Assembly (NCBI GenBank): GCA_028534125.1
Contig: CM052838.1
Coordinates: forward strand, 65,968,001-66,032,000
Source of the DNA: Lama glama
Taxonomy: Eukaryota
Length of the DNA stretch: 64,000 nt
Reading direction: 5' to 3'
Under the pieces are notes generated by a model. It did not search any database. It was not told the origin of the DNA and saw only the letters and a list, made by a program, of their open reading frames with translations. Every line of letters begins with the position of its first letter. Positions within the stretch are counted from its first letter, which is position 1. Below, in pieces: positions 1 to 11,060 of the stretch. Both the position numbers and the translations under genes were made by a program.

Positions 1-142
1 ATCTTTGTCACCAGTCTCCCAGAACGAGGTCCCTTTCCAAAGATCCCAGGGGTTGTGGTCCTCACTGTATTTACAAGGGGGTGCTTGTCTGACTTGCCCT
101 GGTTCACTGCTGTCTCTAATAATACCCAGCACATCTGTATGT

Positions 143-338
143 CCAGAGCACCACCAGGCAGAACTCACTGGGATGATGGGAATGTTCCCGAAGGCACTGT
201 CCAGTCTGACAGCCACCAGCCACGTGTGGGCACTGAGCTGTTAAAACGTGGCCAGTGCGACTGAAGAACTGAATTTTTTTCACCTAAATTAACTTAAATC
301 ACCACATATGCCTGGGAGTTCCACGTCCTCACATACAG
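143..338 (+). mobile_element. MER3-like hAT-Charlie DNA transposon (MITE), degraded
   Basis: GATGATGGGAATGTTC...CTGTCCA...AGCCACCAGCCACGTGTGG...GTGGCCAGTGCGACTGAAGAACTGAATTTTT follows the MER3 consensus as I recall it; boundaries approximate. Confidence 0.75.
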
Positions 339-1199
339 TTGTTTTATTTTAGTATCACTGGCTTCAGCTTCCTATCTTCAGAATCTCACCTTTAAATTTA
401 TGTTTAATTCAATCCCAAAATCCCATTCCTTTCACCAAAGTCAAAGACCTGGAGTCAGACCTTCCAGGCGAGGTCCGGTCCAGGGTCACCAGAGAGCCCC
501 TTTCCAAGCTGCTCAGTCTCACTGAGGACTTACCAAATGCAGCAAAGGGTCACCCAGGTGACTCTTCAACCCATCTGAACCAGCCTTGACCCCGAATCCC
601 TCCCACCCTGTCTCTCAGGGGCACAGCTGCAAGGCCACAGGGCCTGGCCACGGGTGGTGACTCGGTCCACTTTCTTTCTGACGAACTTACCTGCATGAGG
701 TCATCCCAGCGTGGCCCAGCCCTGCCAGCCAGAGGCCCTCCTCGGCCTGGAGGATAGAGGGCCCCCGCCTGCAGAAGGAGATGTGCCCTTGGCTGGGCAG
801 AGGTGGTGGGAATTACCTTGAGCCGGGACAGCCTCAGAGCCCACTGACTGGAGCAGGGAAGGCCTGCACACCCACTCTGGACTGCACCAGCCTCAGGGCC
901 GTGGGCAGGAGGACCCCAAGTGAGGGCTGAGGAGTGGGAGGGGCCAGGGGAGCACCTGCCCCTGTTGGCCCACTCTGCCTGCCCTGCTGCATCCCCTGAG
1001 GGCGGAGGGAGGTGGACCCGGGAGGGAGGGAGGGCCACCGCTGAGGCTCCTCGAGGCAGCAGCAGACCTGGCCCCCTAGGAAAGAGGGGGTGTGAGGAAC
1101 GGGCCTACCCAGACAGACCCACCGCTTCCCAGGCCATGGGAGAGCGTGGGGCTCTCTGCCTCTTCACACCTGGGGCCTGGGACTCCAACACCGCCCACC

Positions 1200-1950
1200 G
1201 TGTACTCTTCCCAAACTACCGCCCGGCAGGCGTGGAACGTGCCCACCACGCCCCCACACTGACACCTCCGGTCTCTGCCAGAAGCACAAGCAAGCCGCCT
1301 GGGCTCCTTGGGAGGGCGGGGGGGGAGGAGCGTGAGGGGGCGTGGCGGCGGGGGAGGAGCCCACCCTGAGAGCGAGGGGCTGGGCTGAAGGGGCGGCCGT
1401 GGCGCCTGCTCTGCGAGAGCGTCCCGAGGCCACGCGGGCTGGAGAGATGGGACAGGAGGACAGCGATGCGGCCACCAGGGGTCAGCCTCACTTCTCACTC
1501 ACACCTCCCCGGCTCCGATATGTCTGAAGGAGGGGCGTGGACAGTGGTCTTCGGAGGGGCAGGGCCTCCCCTGGCCGTCGTCCCCGCTGTCGGTGGAGGT
1601 GGCCTAGACGAGTGGGGGCCGTGATGGCTAAAACCCGGCGGGTCTCAGGACTTAAGCAGCTGGACCCCCGGAACCAAGTGCCAGACGCAGGGCTGGGGCC
1701 GCCGGAAGAGCCCGTTCAGGAGGAGGGAGTTGGCTCCGGTCGCGTGTCGGGGCGGGGCTGCAGGGCCACCCACTGCAGACGGACCGGAGAGCGCGGGTCT
1801 CCCACTCCCGCTGGCCTCCACCCAGCCCGCTGCCCTCTGCAGGCGGGACGCGACTCTTCGGGCGCGCAGGTGCGGGTTCGGTGGGAAACCCCGCCTGCGC
1901 CGAATCATCCGGAGTCCTAGGAAGGCAGTAGAAGGGCAGCAAACCTGGTG
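1200..1950. promoter_or_regulatory. CpG-rich island upstream of VENTX
   Basis: Visibly high GC and CpG density; boundaries by eye. Confidence 0.5.
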
Positions 1951-2458
1951 GCCGGTCCCTAGCAGCTCCGGAGGCTGCTCTGAAGCCAAGTGAGGAAGCT
2001 GAGGCCAAACGTGGGTTACACAGCTTTTACCCGGCCAGGTGTAGAGGGAGGGAAGGGGGACCCCAGTGGACACGGGCGAGCCTGAGCCCCTCGCAGCCTG
2101 GCGGAAATGACCGCTGGGAAGAGGCGCCAACCTAGGCAGCGCCTGCATCTGGAGGGGAGGGCTCAGAGGGTGGGGCCATCTGACCTGCTGAGGGGAGGTC
2201 ACCTTAGGACCCTGGAGGGGGAGGTTCAGATAGGGGCTGGGGAAGTGGAGGTGGGAGGGCCATTAGAGGAGGGTCCCGGAACAGGGAGGGAGCCGCCCAG
2301 TAGAGCTGGGGGATGGCTGCCAAGGATGGTTCCTGTGTGGGGCCAAGAGGCCAAGGGACCGGCCCTGAAAGGTTAGAAAGGAGGACACGCTAAAACTAGG
2401 TTTTGAAAGGCATGGTCCGTGTTAAAACCTGCCATTTCATAAATTAATGCTTTTAGCC

Positions 2459-2571
2459 GGGAGCGTACAGCTCAGTGGTAGAGATGCACCAGGTCCTGGG
2501 TTCAATTCCCAGTACCTCCATTAAAAAATACAAATAAAAACCTAAGTACCCCCCCCAATTTTTTTAACTTG
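2459..2571 (+). mobile_element. Camelid tRNA-derived SINE (Vic-1 type) with internal deletion
   Basis: A box AGCTCAGTGG, B box GGTTCAATTCC, tail ATTAAAAAATACAAATAAAAACCTAAGTACCCCCCC; flanking TSD-like repeats TAAATTAATGCTTTT (2440-2454) and TAAATTAGTGCTTTT (2572-2586). Confidence 0.85.
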
Positions 2572-2699
2572 TAAATTAGTGCTTTTGAGCACATGATGAA
2601 GTAGTGTGCACCTTGAGCAGTCGTGGGGGGGGTATTTATCCCCCAGGCCTCCACTGCTGTCCCTCCCGGAGGGCCTCCACGCAGCACCCTCTCCCAGCT

Positions 2700-3550
2700 C
2701 AGACGCTTTCGCCCGATTCTGAAACAGACACTGTCGCTGCGGAGCTGGAAGCATGCGCGCGGGCGTCCCTGGAGCAGCCCTGTGGCCGTACGACTTCCAG
2801 GACACCCTGCAGCCTCCCAGTAGACACCCCAGCTACACACAAGTGATTTTAGTCCCCGGCCTCACCCCGCCGGGTCCGGTGACAGAACTGAGCCGGCCCA
2901 AGGGCCAGAGGAAGAGCTGCGGTCAGGGCCTGCCGGTTCCCTGCTGTGTCAGGCTCCCGCATCACCAGCCCCGCCGCCCTGCCCCTCGGGCTCGAAGGCG
3001 GCGTTGGGGTGATAATTCGGAGGCGAAGCCCGCGGGGCCTTTGATGTCCGCGCGGCGGGGCGGGCGCGGAGGCGGCTTGGTGCTCCGCCTAGGCTGGCGC
3101 CGGCGCCCCCGGGAGTCGACGGTGCTGACTCCACCCGTCCCCTCGGAAACCCTGCGGCGGGCTGGGGGCCGACTCCGGCCGCCGGGGGCTCAGCGCGGAC
3201 CCAGAGCCCGCGCTCCGGGGGATGCGGCTTCTGCCGGTTGGGTCCTCGCGGACTGCCCTGCAGTCACGTAGGACGCACCACGTGTCCGTCTGCCGGGTAG
3301 CACCGAGGAGACAGACGCGGTCCGGCCAAGGTCGAGGGAGAGGTCCTGCCCAGCCCTCCGCCTCCCCGCGGAGCACCGGCGTCCCAGGCCTAGTCGAGCC
3401 CTTCCCCGAGGCCAGTGGGGCGCCCGGGACGCGGACGCGGCCGAAGAGGAGTGAAGCGACCGCGGCGCCAAGGGCAGGGACCGGTGACCGTCCCCAGGCC
3501 GTCACCCCCTGCAGCTCCTATGGCACCAGAGTGAAACCCAGCAGAGAGAT
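2700..3550. promoter_or_regulatory. CpG island upstream of VENTX
   Basis: Very dense CpG and GC boxes 0.7-1.5 kb before the VENTX start codon. Confidence 0.7.
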
Positions 3551-4004
3551 TGGGGGCGGCGAGGGAGAAGGGCCCACGGAGCCGGAGGGACCCTCTCTGA
3601 CCAGCCCCTCCCACCCTGTCTGGCTCGTTGCCAGCCCTACATTCCTACGCAGCGGGGCCACCGGGTTGCAGCAGACAGGGCACTGGCCAAGTCCACGCTG
3701 TCCTGGGAGTGGCCATGGGGACCTCCAGCTCCCTCAGGTGTGCACATCCGTCACTGCAGACCCACGGGGACAAGGTGGCGAGCCAACCTGGAGAGAGGAG
3801 ATAGCTCGGCACCCCATAGGACAAGCCCCCAGCTGGGGTGCTGGGTGGGAGGAGGCCACCCTAACCTTCCCACAGCGCAGGCCAGCGGGTGGGGGTGGGG
3901 GAGATGAAGGGATGTAGCAAGTCCCGGGTTACCACCTCTCCCCCGACTGTGGACCACAGCCCCGCCCTTCCCTCAGACATCTTGGAGCCGGGGAGGTGTG
4001 AATG

Positions 4005-4125
4005 GCCTCCTTTGTGCTTCTGAATTGAAGGCAATTAGGTGCTACTTATCTAGAGGGGTAGAAATTTGGGCCATCTACGAAAACCCGCCTCCACCCACCC
4101 ACCTCCTCCTGAGCTTATAAGTGCA
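4005..4125 (+). promoter_or_regulatory. VENTX proximal promoter with TATA-like element
   Basis: TATAA 4116-4120; CCTTTGTG 4009-4016 (SOX/TCF-type); CAATTAG 4032-4038 (homeodomain); CTTATCT 4045-4051 (GATA). Confidence 0.5.
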
Positions 4126-4276
4126 GCCCAGCCCTGCCAAACCTGAGGCAGACCCTATGCTCAGCTTGGCCCTGCCCCACCTGACAGACTGCGGACCCTG
4201 TTCCCAGCCCCCATCATCTGTCTTGCAGAGGATTCCGGCCAGGCCCCCACCATCTGTCCAGAGGAACTACCCAGCC

Positions 4277-6255
4277 ATGCCTCCATCCTCCGCCCTACCT
4301 GGTGGCTGCAAGCGGACCTCCAGCTTTGGCTCAGTGGACTGGCTCTCCCAGAGCAGCCACACAGGGCCGGCGCACACCTCCAGGCCTGCCGAAGTCTCCT
4401 GGGGGAGCCTGTCTGCCTCAGCCCAGGTGTACTGCAGAGGGGAGCCCCACCAGACTGTGGACATGGAGGAGGTGAAGCTCTCAGAAGTGTCTGCACCGGG
4501 GACGCCCGCAGCTGGTAGGTGTGGGGATGGGAGTCCGGGAGGGGGGTCAGAAAGAGGGTCACACCCCGGCCACATCCGTGTACCCTGGTCATCAGAGGGA
4601 CATTCTTGCCAAGGCTGAGGCTTAGGGTGGAGTCTGACACCTCCTGCAAGTGAACGCTTCCCCTGGGAAGCAAAGGCTACAACGGGGGCCTTCCTTGCTC
4701 AGCCCCCGGGCCTCCTGGGGCCGGCCCACCGGCGCAGTGAGCCACTGCGCCTACACTAGCACTTGGTGCCTGTGACTCAGGCTCTGAGATGAGCCCGTGG
4801 GGTGCACCTCTGCAAGAGGGCCGTGGGGAAGTGCGTCTCACCAGCTCATTCAGAGGGGTCTTGGGCCCTGCCTGCGAAGCTGGCGCCCTCCTTTGCCATC
4901 TAGACTGCGGCCGGTTCACCGGCTGATGGGGGGCCTGCAGGCTTGCTTAAGGGCAGCCACGGCCTGGATGCCATTTGCTCTCCTGTGGTTTCCAGACTCG
5001 ATGGAACCCTTTGTCGTTGGCTAAGACGTTCTTAGTCTGTCTTTCAGTCCTTGTGAGTTAATGGCTGTTTTTAGGTTTCAAGTGGCCAAAAGTGGGGTTG
5101 ATATTATCTGTAAGTTTTTATTTTAAGAAAAAGTTTAAATGATGACCATGGGGACTTCGTCGCCTCCTGGGGGGCGCTAGTGCTCCCTGCATGTCCTGAC
5201 TGAGCTATTAGGAGAACAGGCCTGCCTGAGACACACGGCTGGTGGTGACAGAGCCTGGGTCTCAGGGACGGGTACACCCGAGGCAGAACTCGTGAGAAGG
5301 CTTTCCGAGGATTTTGGGCCTCTGCCTGGGGTGGGCTTCGGCCCCCATGGCCACCCACCCCACCCAGCGAGTGGGAGTTCCTTGTCTGCAGGCAAAACAC
5401 ACTGCTTTCTGGAAGGGACTGCGCATCCCAGGCAGAGGGTGAGGGGCCGGCGTCAGAATTGCTGTCCGCTCTGTTGTCTTCTTGCCAACGTCCACGTTTC
5501 TGGGCCCCATTCCACACTTGAGCTGGAGGGGGAGTGGCTCTCCTTGACCCAGCAGGACGGCGGAGCAGGATGGGCTGTTCTCCGGAGAGAGGCGGGGGCG
5601 GGGGGGCTGCTCTCCCCGAGGCCCCAGCTACCATCCACAAGCACGAAGCCTGTCCCCACTTCTCCCACCGGGCAGCACTTCCAGCCAAATGGATTGGGTG
5701 CCCTTCTGTCCCCCTCAGGGCCGAGCAAGGAGGCGGACGGCACGCGGGCTCCCCGCATGCGCACGGCCTTCACGGTGGAGCAGGTCAGCGCCCTGGAGAG
5801 CTCCTTCCAGCACCGCCGCTACCTGGGGCCCCTGGAGCGCCGGCGGCTGGCCCAGGAGATGCAGCTCTCCGAAGTGCAGGTGAGGTGGCCGGCAGGCAGG
5901 GTGGTGGACTGTGGCCGCCCCCTCTCTGATCTCACTTTCCCCACAGGTAAAGACCTGGTTTCAGAACCGCCGAATGAAGCACAAGCGCCAGCTGCAGGAC
6001 TCCCAGCTGAGTCCACCCTTCTCCGCACCCCTCCACCCACCCCCTGCCCTGCACAGCCGCCTGCAGCTGCTTTGCCCTTGGGCCTCCTTGCCTGGGCCCC
6101 CAGCTCTGGTCCAGCCTCTGGGCTCTTTCTGGTGTCCCCGAGGGGTGAAACCAGCCTCCCTGGCTTCAGTGTGGGCCTCATGCAGCAGGCAGCCTCCAGT
6201 GTGCTGCCTCCGGTGTGCTGCCTCCCGGACACTGGGGGCTGGGTGCACACACTGA
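4277..6255 (+). CDS. VENTX: VENT homeobox protein; exon 3 frameshifted near the C-terminus (235 aa as read)
   Basis: Exons 4277-4514, 5719-5879, 5947-6255 with GT-AG introns in frame. N-terminal SSFGSVDWLSQSS motif; homeodomain APRMRTAFTVEQVSALESSFQHRRYLGPLERRRLAQEMQLSEVQ|VKTWFQNRRMKHKRQ. The ancestral-type tail ...GLCAPPATGDAF* (stop at 6320) lies in another frame. Confidence 0.93.
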
Positions 6256-6624
6256 GCCCAGCTTTGTCCAGGGGAGCCTGGGGCCTGTGCGCCCCACCAG
6301 CGACTGGGGATGCCTTTTGAGGAAGGGAGGCAGCTGACGCCCAGGGCTGCGGTGTATCAGATGTGCTGGGTGTGCGCAGCGGTACCTGGCATCTGCCTGG
6401 AGAGACAGCCTGGTCTGTATTTACACCACTGTGATGTCCTGGCGTGGGCCTGTGCCCCCCCAGCGGTGGGGCCTGCAATTGGCCCCGCCTAAGACTGGGG
6501 ATTTATAGCTGAAGACATTCTGAAGCCTATTCCCCTCTGAAAAGTGCTGAAGGGTTGGCGTGGAAAATGTTGGGTCGGCGAACAGTCGGAAGCCAAGCGC
6601 GCTGTGCCGCGTTGGGCTCCCACA

Positions 6625-6860
6625 CAACAAAGGGTAACTTACTCAGCTCAAGGGGCTGGAAAACTGGCTTTCCAGTTGGAAAAAATAAAGGTGGAGTCTG
6701 TCTTACGCTATATGCTTATAGGCTTTGTGTATGAAAATGAAACCTGACAGGACTGGGGGGAGCACTGAAGGCATCTGGGGTTTGAGTTCCGTGTTAACAA
6801 TGACCCCGAAGCTAGAAACCAGAAAGGGACAGAGATGATCAGTTTGCCTCTGAGAAGCTA
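6625..6860 (+). mobile_element. Old LINE-1 ORF2 3'-region fragment containing AATAAA (6684-6689), candidate VENTX poly(A) signal
   Basis: GGGGCTGGAAAACTGGCTTTCCAGTTGGAAAAAATAAAG and TTAACAATGACCCCGAAGCTAGAAACCAGAAAG resemble L1 ORF2 segments; highly diverged. Confidence 0.45.
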
Positions 6861-7599
6861 CACCCCGGTGGTGACGGTCACCTCCCCGTTTCTCCGGAGC
6901 ACATGCGAGCCAGGGGCTGCATCCCGTCCATGCTGTCTTGCCCCCTCCCTTGGTGAAGAAAGGCTCGGGGAGCCGGGAACCCCCCACACCCCGAGCTGTC
7001 CTCACCTGCAGGGCAGAGCCTCTGTGCCTGCCTCGGTGCAGCAGCCCCAGCAGAGAGCAGGAGGCTCCGGCATCAAGTCCGCAAATGCCCAGGAGCGGGA
7101 GAGAGTGGGCCCCTCCCTGAGGCTCCCCGAGGCAGTGCCGTCGTCACCGGAAGGAGGAGGCCCACCAGTGCAAACCTGTTGGAGGGTTCCGATGGTGCGC
7201 ACCGAGTTCAGATGCCCACCGTCATCCACGGCATCCCAAGGGCGTCTGTGCCACGTGGGTGACTGGTGAGCAGGGTGGGGGTGCTGGGGGACCCACCGCA
7301 AAAGGCCAGTTCAGAGAACCCAGGTGTGCGGATAGGAAGCACGCTTTGCAGGGAAGAGCAGGTGGGTTGAGGACGGAGGCAGGTGGCGGGGAAGGGGCTG
7401 TGACAGGGAAACTTGGGGCACAGCTGGGGAGGGTGTGTGCCCTGAGGCCTGTCAGGGAGGAGGGGCACCCTGAAGGCTCCCTCCCGCCCACTGTGGAGGG
7501 AGGGTTCTACGCAGAAATTCTCCATCCGAGGAGCAGAGTCTGGGTGTCTGAGAACAGAGCCAGAGGCAGGGCAGGGGCTGGTTTGAAGCTTTCGAATTT

Positions 7600-7719
7600 G
7601 GGGGGACGGAAGCAACTAGATTTACTGATTTTGTTTTTACTGAACAGAGGTGCTGGGGATTGAACCCATGACCTTATGCATGGTAAGCATGCGCCCTACC
7701 ACTGAGCTATACCCTCCCC
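7600..7719 (-). mobile_element. Camelid tRNA-derived SINE (Vic-1 type)
   Basis: Reverse complement GGGGAGGGTATAGCTCAGTGGTAGGGCGCATGCTTACCATGCATAAGGTCATGGGTTCAATCCCCAGCACCTC plus A-rich tail; flanks AGCTTTCGAATTT / AGCTTTTGAATTT look like a TSD. Confidence 0.9.
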
Positions 7720-9886
7720 ACCACCACCTCAGAGCTTTTGAATTTTGGCCACGTTCCCAGCACGTCGTGTGGGGTTGTTGACCTATCACTGCTGCAGGTT
7801 ATGTGAGAGAGATGGGGCTTTTACAGTCCTGTTGAGCCATTTATTCAGGATTTCTTGTGAGCTCAGGATTTGCTTAAACACATACTGTTCAGGCTTGTGT
7901 GGCTTCATCTATTGTAACCTTAAAACAAAACTGGATTTTCTCTGCCCCTAAAAACTTGAGCAAATGTCAGATTGTCCCATTACTTACAAATTGCCCAGGG
8001 GTTCGGGGGATTCTCTGAGTGTGCGGTCACCCTCACTCCCGGGAACCGGCCCCCCAGGGACTTTGGGCATCACTTGTCGGCAGCCTCTGCCCACTTCTGG
8101 GAAACTCAGCCCAGGGCGTCCTTCCCTCCTGCTGCCCAGACAGGCTGGGGGCATGGGGTCCCCTGAGCCTGACTGGCGCGGTAGAGCCAGCTTCACCTCA
8201 TAGCACGGACAGGGTGGAACAGAATCACCTATGAAAATCTTGCCAAAAGCCTAAATCCCAGTTTACAGGAACTAGGCACTTAGCGTGGACGCCGGCTGGG
8301 GCCTGCCCTGGTGGACCTTGAGGAGGAACCTGATGGGAAAATAGCTGCGAAGCCTGGGGTGGGCAGGCTAGGAGGGGCAGTTAGGGGGGTGAGGTCCAAG
8401 GGCTCTGCCTGGTGGCGCTGGGGTGCTCGCCTGCCTTTGTGTGGGAACAGGACCCACAGTCTGCTGGGCCTCGTGCCTGAAACATTCAGAAGGCTCAAGA
8501 TCAGCACAGTGCAGCACGCGCTGCAGAATGCGGGCGGCTGAACCAGCCGGGGGCTTACGGGGTGCCTGCTGGACTTCCCACCTTTCTGTCTGAAATCATC
8601 AGACGAAGTGGCTGCACGGGACGGCTGGGATGCTGGCCCCGCCCCTTCCCAGGGCCAAGCATGTGAGCCACCCAGTCCTTGGCACCCTGGCTATGAGCCC
8701 CAAGGTGTGGGTCAGGGACCCACCCTCACAGCCAGGCCGCCCCCGCCAGCCCCACAAGCAGAGTGGAAATTGTGGACTTGCTGAAGAGATGCAGCCCCCC
8801 AAGCCTCTCTTAGGGGCGTGGGAAAGACCCAGCCCCACAACCCCAACCCAAGACAATAAAAATCTGACACTCTCCACCCTCAGCCCAGCTCAGCAGCACC
8901 CGGTGGCAAAGGGCCTGCCGCCCCCAGGACCACATCCAGGAGCCAGGACCGGGAGGACGAGGGCACACGAGGCTGGGGCTGCACGCAGGCGCCCCACCAC
9001 CCAGGCCTCCGAAGCTGGAAGGCTGGGCCTCATCCCTCTCCCAGGCCATTAAGGCCCCCGCTCCCAGTCTGGCAGTTGCTGAAAGTGGCAAGGGGGCAGG
9101 TGGAGGGAGATCCCTCCCCAGGGAGGCCACGGTGAGGCTTGAGGGACAGGCTTGTTCACCTGGAGCCCCTGGAATCCCACCCCACCATCAGTGGGTCAAA
9201 GGTCCCCCCCAGGACTGATGGCCTGTAGGGGTGTCACCTGGCATTTCCAAGGGCCTCCCAGCCCCAATCCTGGCGCCGGGCTGCCTCTTCCTGCCCCTCA
9301 GCTGAGCCAGAGCTGACACAGGATGCACAGGACTTCTCTGCCCAACCTCCCAGGCCTATCTCCCTGCCTGGGAGCTGCCCACAAGGGACCCTGCCCCTGT
9401 GGCGAGGACATGTCCAGAACCCAGGGAGGACACGCCCCAGCCAGGTGGCAGTGACCCTGAGGGGTTTCCCTCTCTGGGCCCAGGAACCATGCCCTGCAGC
9501 TGCCAACAGAAAGATAATGGTACAGAGCAAGGCAGATCCATTGGCTCCCTGGATCCAGCCGTGCCTGCAACCCACCTGTCTCCCCACCACAGGGAACACA
9601 AGTGTCTGGATCAGTGCTGCTGTTGCTCGTACACTGAGGGTGTTGTGACAGCTGCTTCTTTTCAGTTCTTTCCGGGGTCCCATGGGGAGCCTCACCAGCA
9701 GAGCTAGCCCCCAGCGCCCTTCTGGCATTGCAGGCGTGGGCGGCTGCCTGAGCAGGGAGGGCCTCGGGGGCTGCCCACCCTGCTTGCCGTGCCTGCTGCA
9801 GGCCCAACCCCCTTCCGTCACCTTCCGCAGGAGCTGCGGCTCTCTGGAGGAGGTGCAGCCCGGCCTGGGGCTGCCGCTGCTAAAAG

Positions 9887-9912
9887 GACCTGTCGACCTG
9901 TCGACCTGTCGA
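9887..9912. repeat. (GACCTGTC)x3 tandem repeat
   Basis: Read directly. Confidence 0.9.
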
Positions 9913-10834
9913 AGATCTGCTTGCTGGGCGAAGAGCCTGACAACCGCTGTTCAAGCTCCCAGTTCCCAGGGCTCCCTCTGGCCCTTTTCCTACAGCAGGG
10001 AGTTAGGACCCACAGGCTCCGGGCCAAGGTGCTCCCACCCAGAGCAGCAGGCCAGGCCCCAGGCAGTGCTGCTGGGCGGGCTGTGTTGGGCACTGTCATG
10101 CCCTGGGCGTGTCCTGGTCCCCTGACCCTGGTCATCAGAAAGGTCATCAGAAAGCCCCCCGCCGGCCCCCCAGCTGTTGTGTTGTTTCATTCCCTCATGT
10201 GTACGTGTTTTTTATTAAGTCCCCTCAAGACCACCGGTGTGACCCCCAAGCAGCCCAGACGAGCTGCAGCACACATGGTGGAGGCGCCAGCTGTAAGGTT
10301 TCCACGCTGCGGTTCACACAGAATCAGCTTTATTGGTTTTTCTGATCAGAAAATCCACTCAGACTCATCATCACAAGTGCAGTGACGCTGTCGGAAGCAG
10401 CTCCCCCCCAACCCCTGACAGTCGCTCCTCCCCCAGCTTTTCGGCACATCAGACCCTCATGGCTCCACATCCAGACTCAGACCCACCCCCACCCCACCCC
10501 TGCTCCACGGTGGCCCCAGGGGACTGTCCCAGCTCCTGTTCTGGCACCTTCTGTAACTCTTCAGGGCGTCCCCAGCGAGAGTCACCACAGAGCTGGGATC
10601 TGCACAGCACCCCCCACCACGTGGGGGCGCAGACCAGCCGGTGGGTGGGGCTGGACCACGCTGTCCACTGCTCCAGGCCACACACAGAAACAAAGATTAC
10701 CCACTCCCCCAACCCTGGCCAGAGAAGGAGGGCCAGGACCCCCTTGCCTCGGGGTCCCGGATCCTACGTGAGGGATGTGGAGGCAGGTCCAGACACAGGT
10801 TGGCGGCCGGAGCAGGCTCTGCGGGCGGGAGGAC

Positions 10835-10918
10835 CTCGCCGCCCCGTTTTCCCATGCCCTACACCTCTTTAGGCCCGACCCTCAAAGAAGTATATGCATA
10901 GGAAAAAGGAACAGCGAG
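10835..10918 (-). ncRNA. MIR202: microRNA miR-202 hairpin
   Basis: 5p arm UUCCUAUGCAUAUACUUCUUUG (reverse complement of 10883-10904); 3p arm AGAGGUGUAGGGCAUGGGAA (reverse complement of 10849-10868); basal stem CUCGC...GCGAG; syntenic position between VENTX and ADAM8. Confidence 0.96.
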
Positions 10919-11060
10919 CAGCGTGCTGCAGGTCCCGGGAGGGTCCGTGCGGGGTCCGCGGGGTCCGTGGGGACGGGCTGTGGGAACAGAGGCCTGTGGG
11001 TGTGAGCAGGGCAGGCCGAGCCGGCCTGAGGAAGAGGCAGGGAGGGCGCCTGGCCTCTGC

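Noticed and set aside
2433-2455. ATTTCATAAATTAATGC POU/homeodomain-like motif
   Set aside because: Largely coincides with the AT-rich SINE target-site duplication; no independent support
2459-2520. tRNA-like sequences here and at 7645-7719
   Set aside because: They have SINE tails and TSDs and lack an intact cloverleaf, so they are SINEs, not tRNA genes
3094-3470. Multiple GGCGCC (Smad1/5 BMP-response-like) motifs upstream of VENTX
   Set aside because: Expected by chance in a CpG island, and I found no correctly spaced GTCT/AGAC partner site
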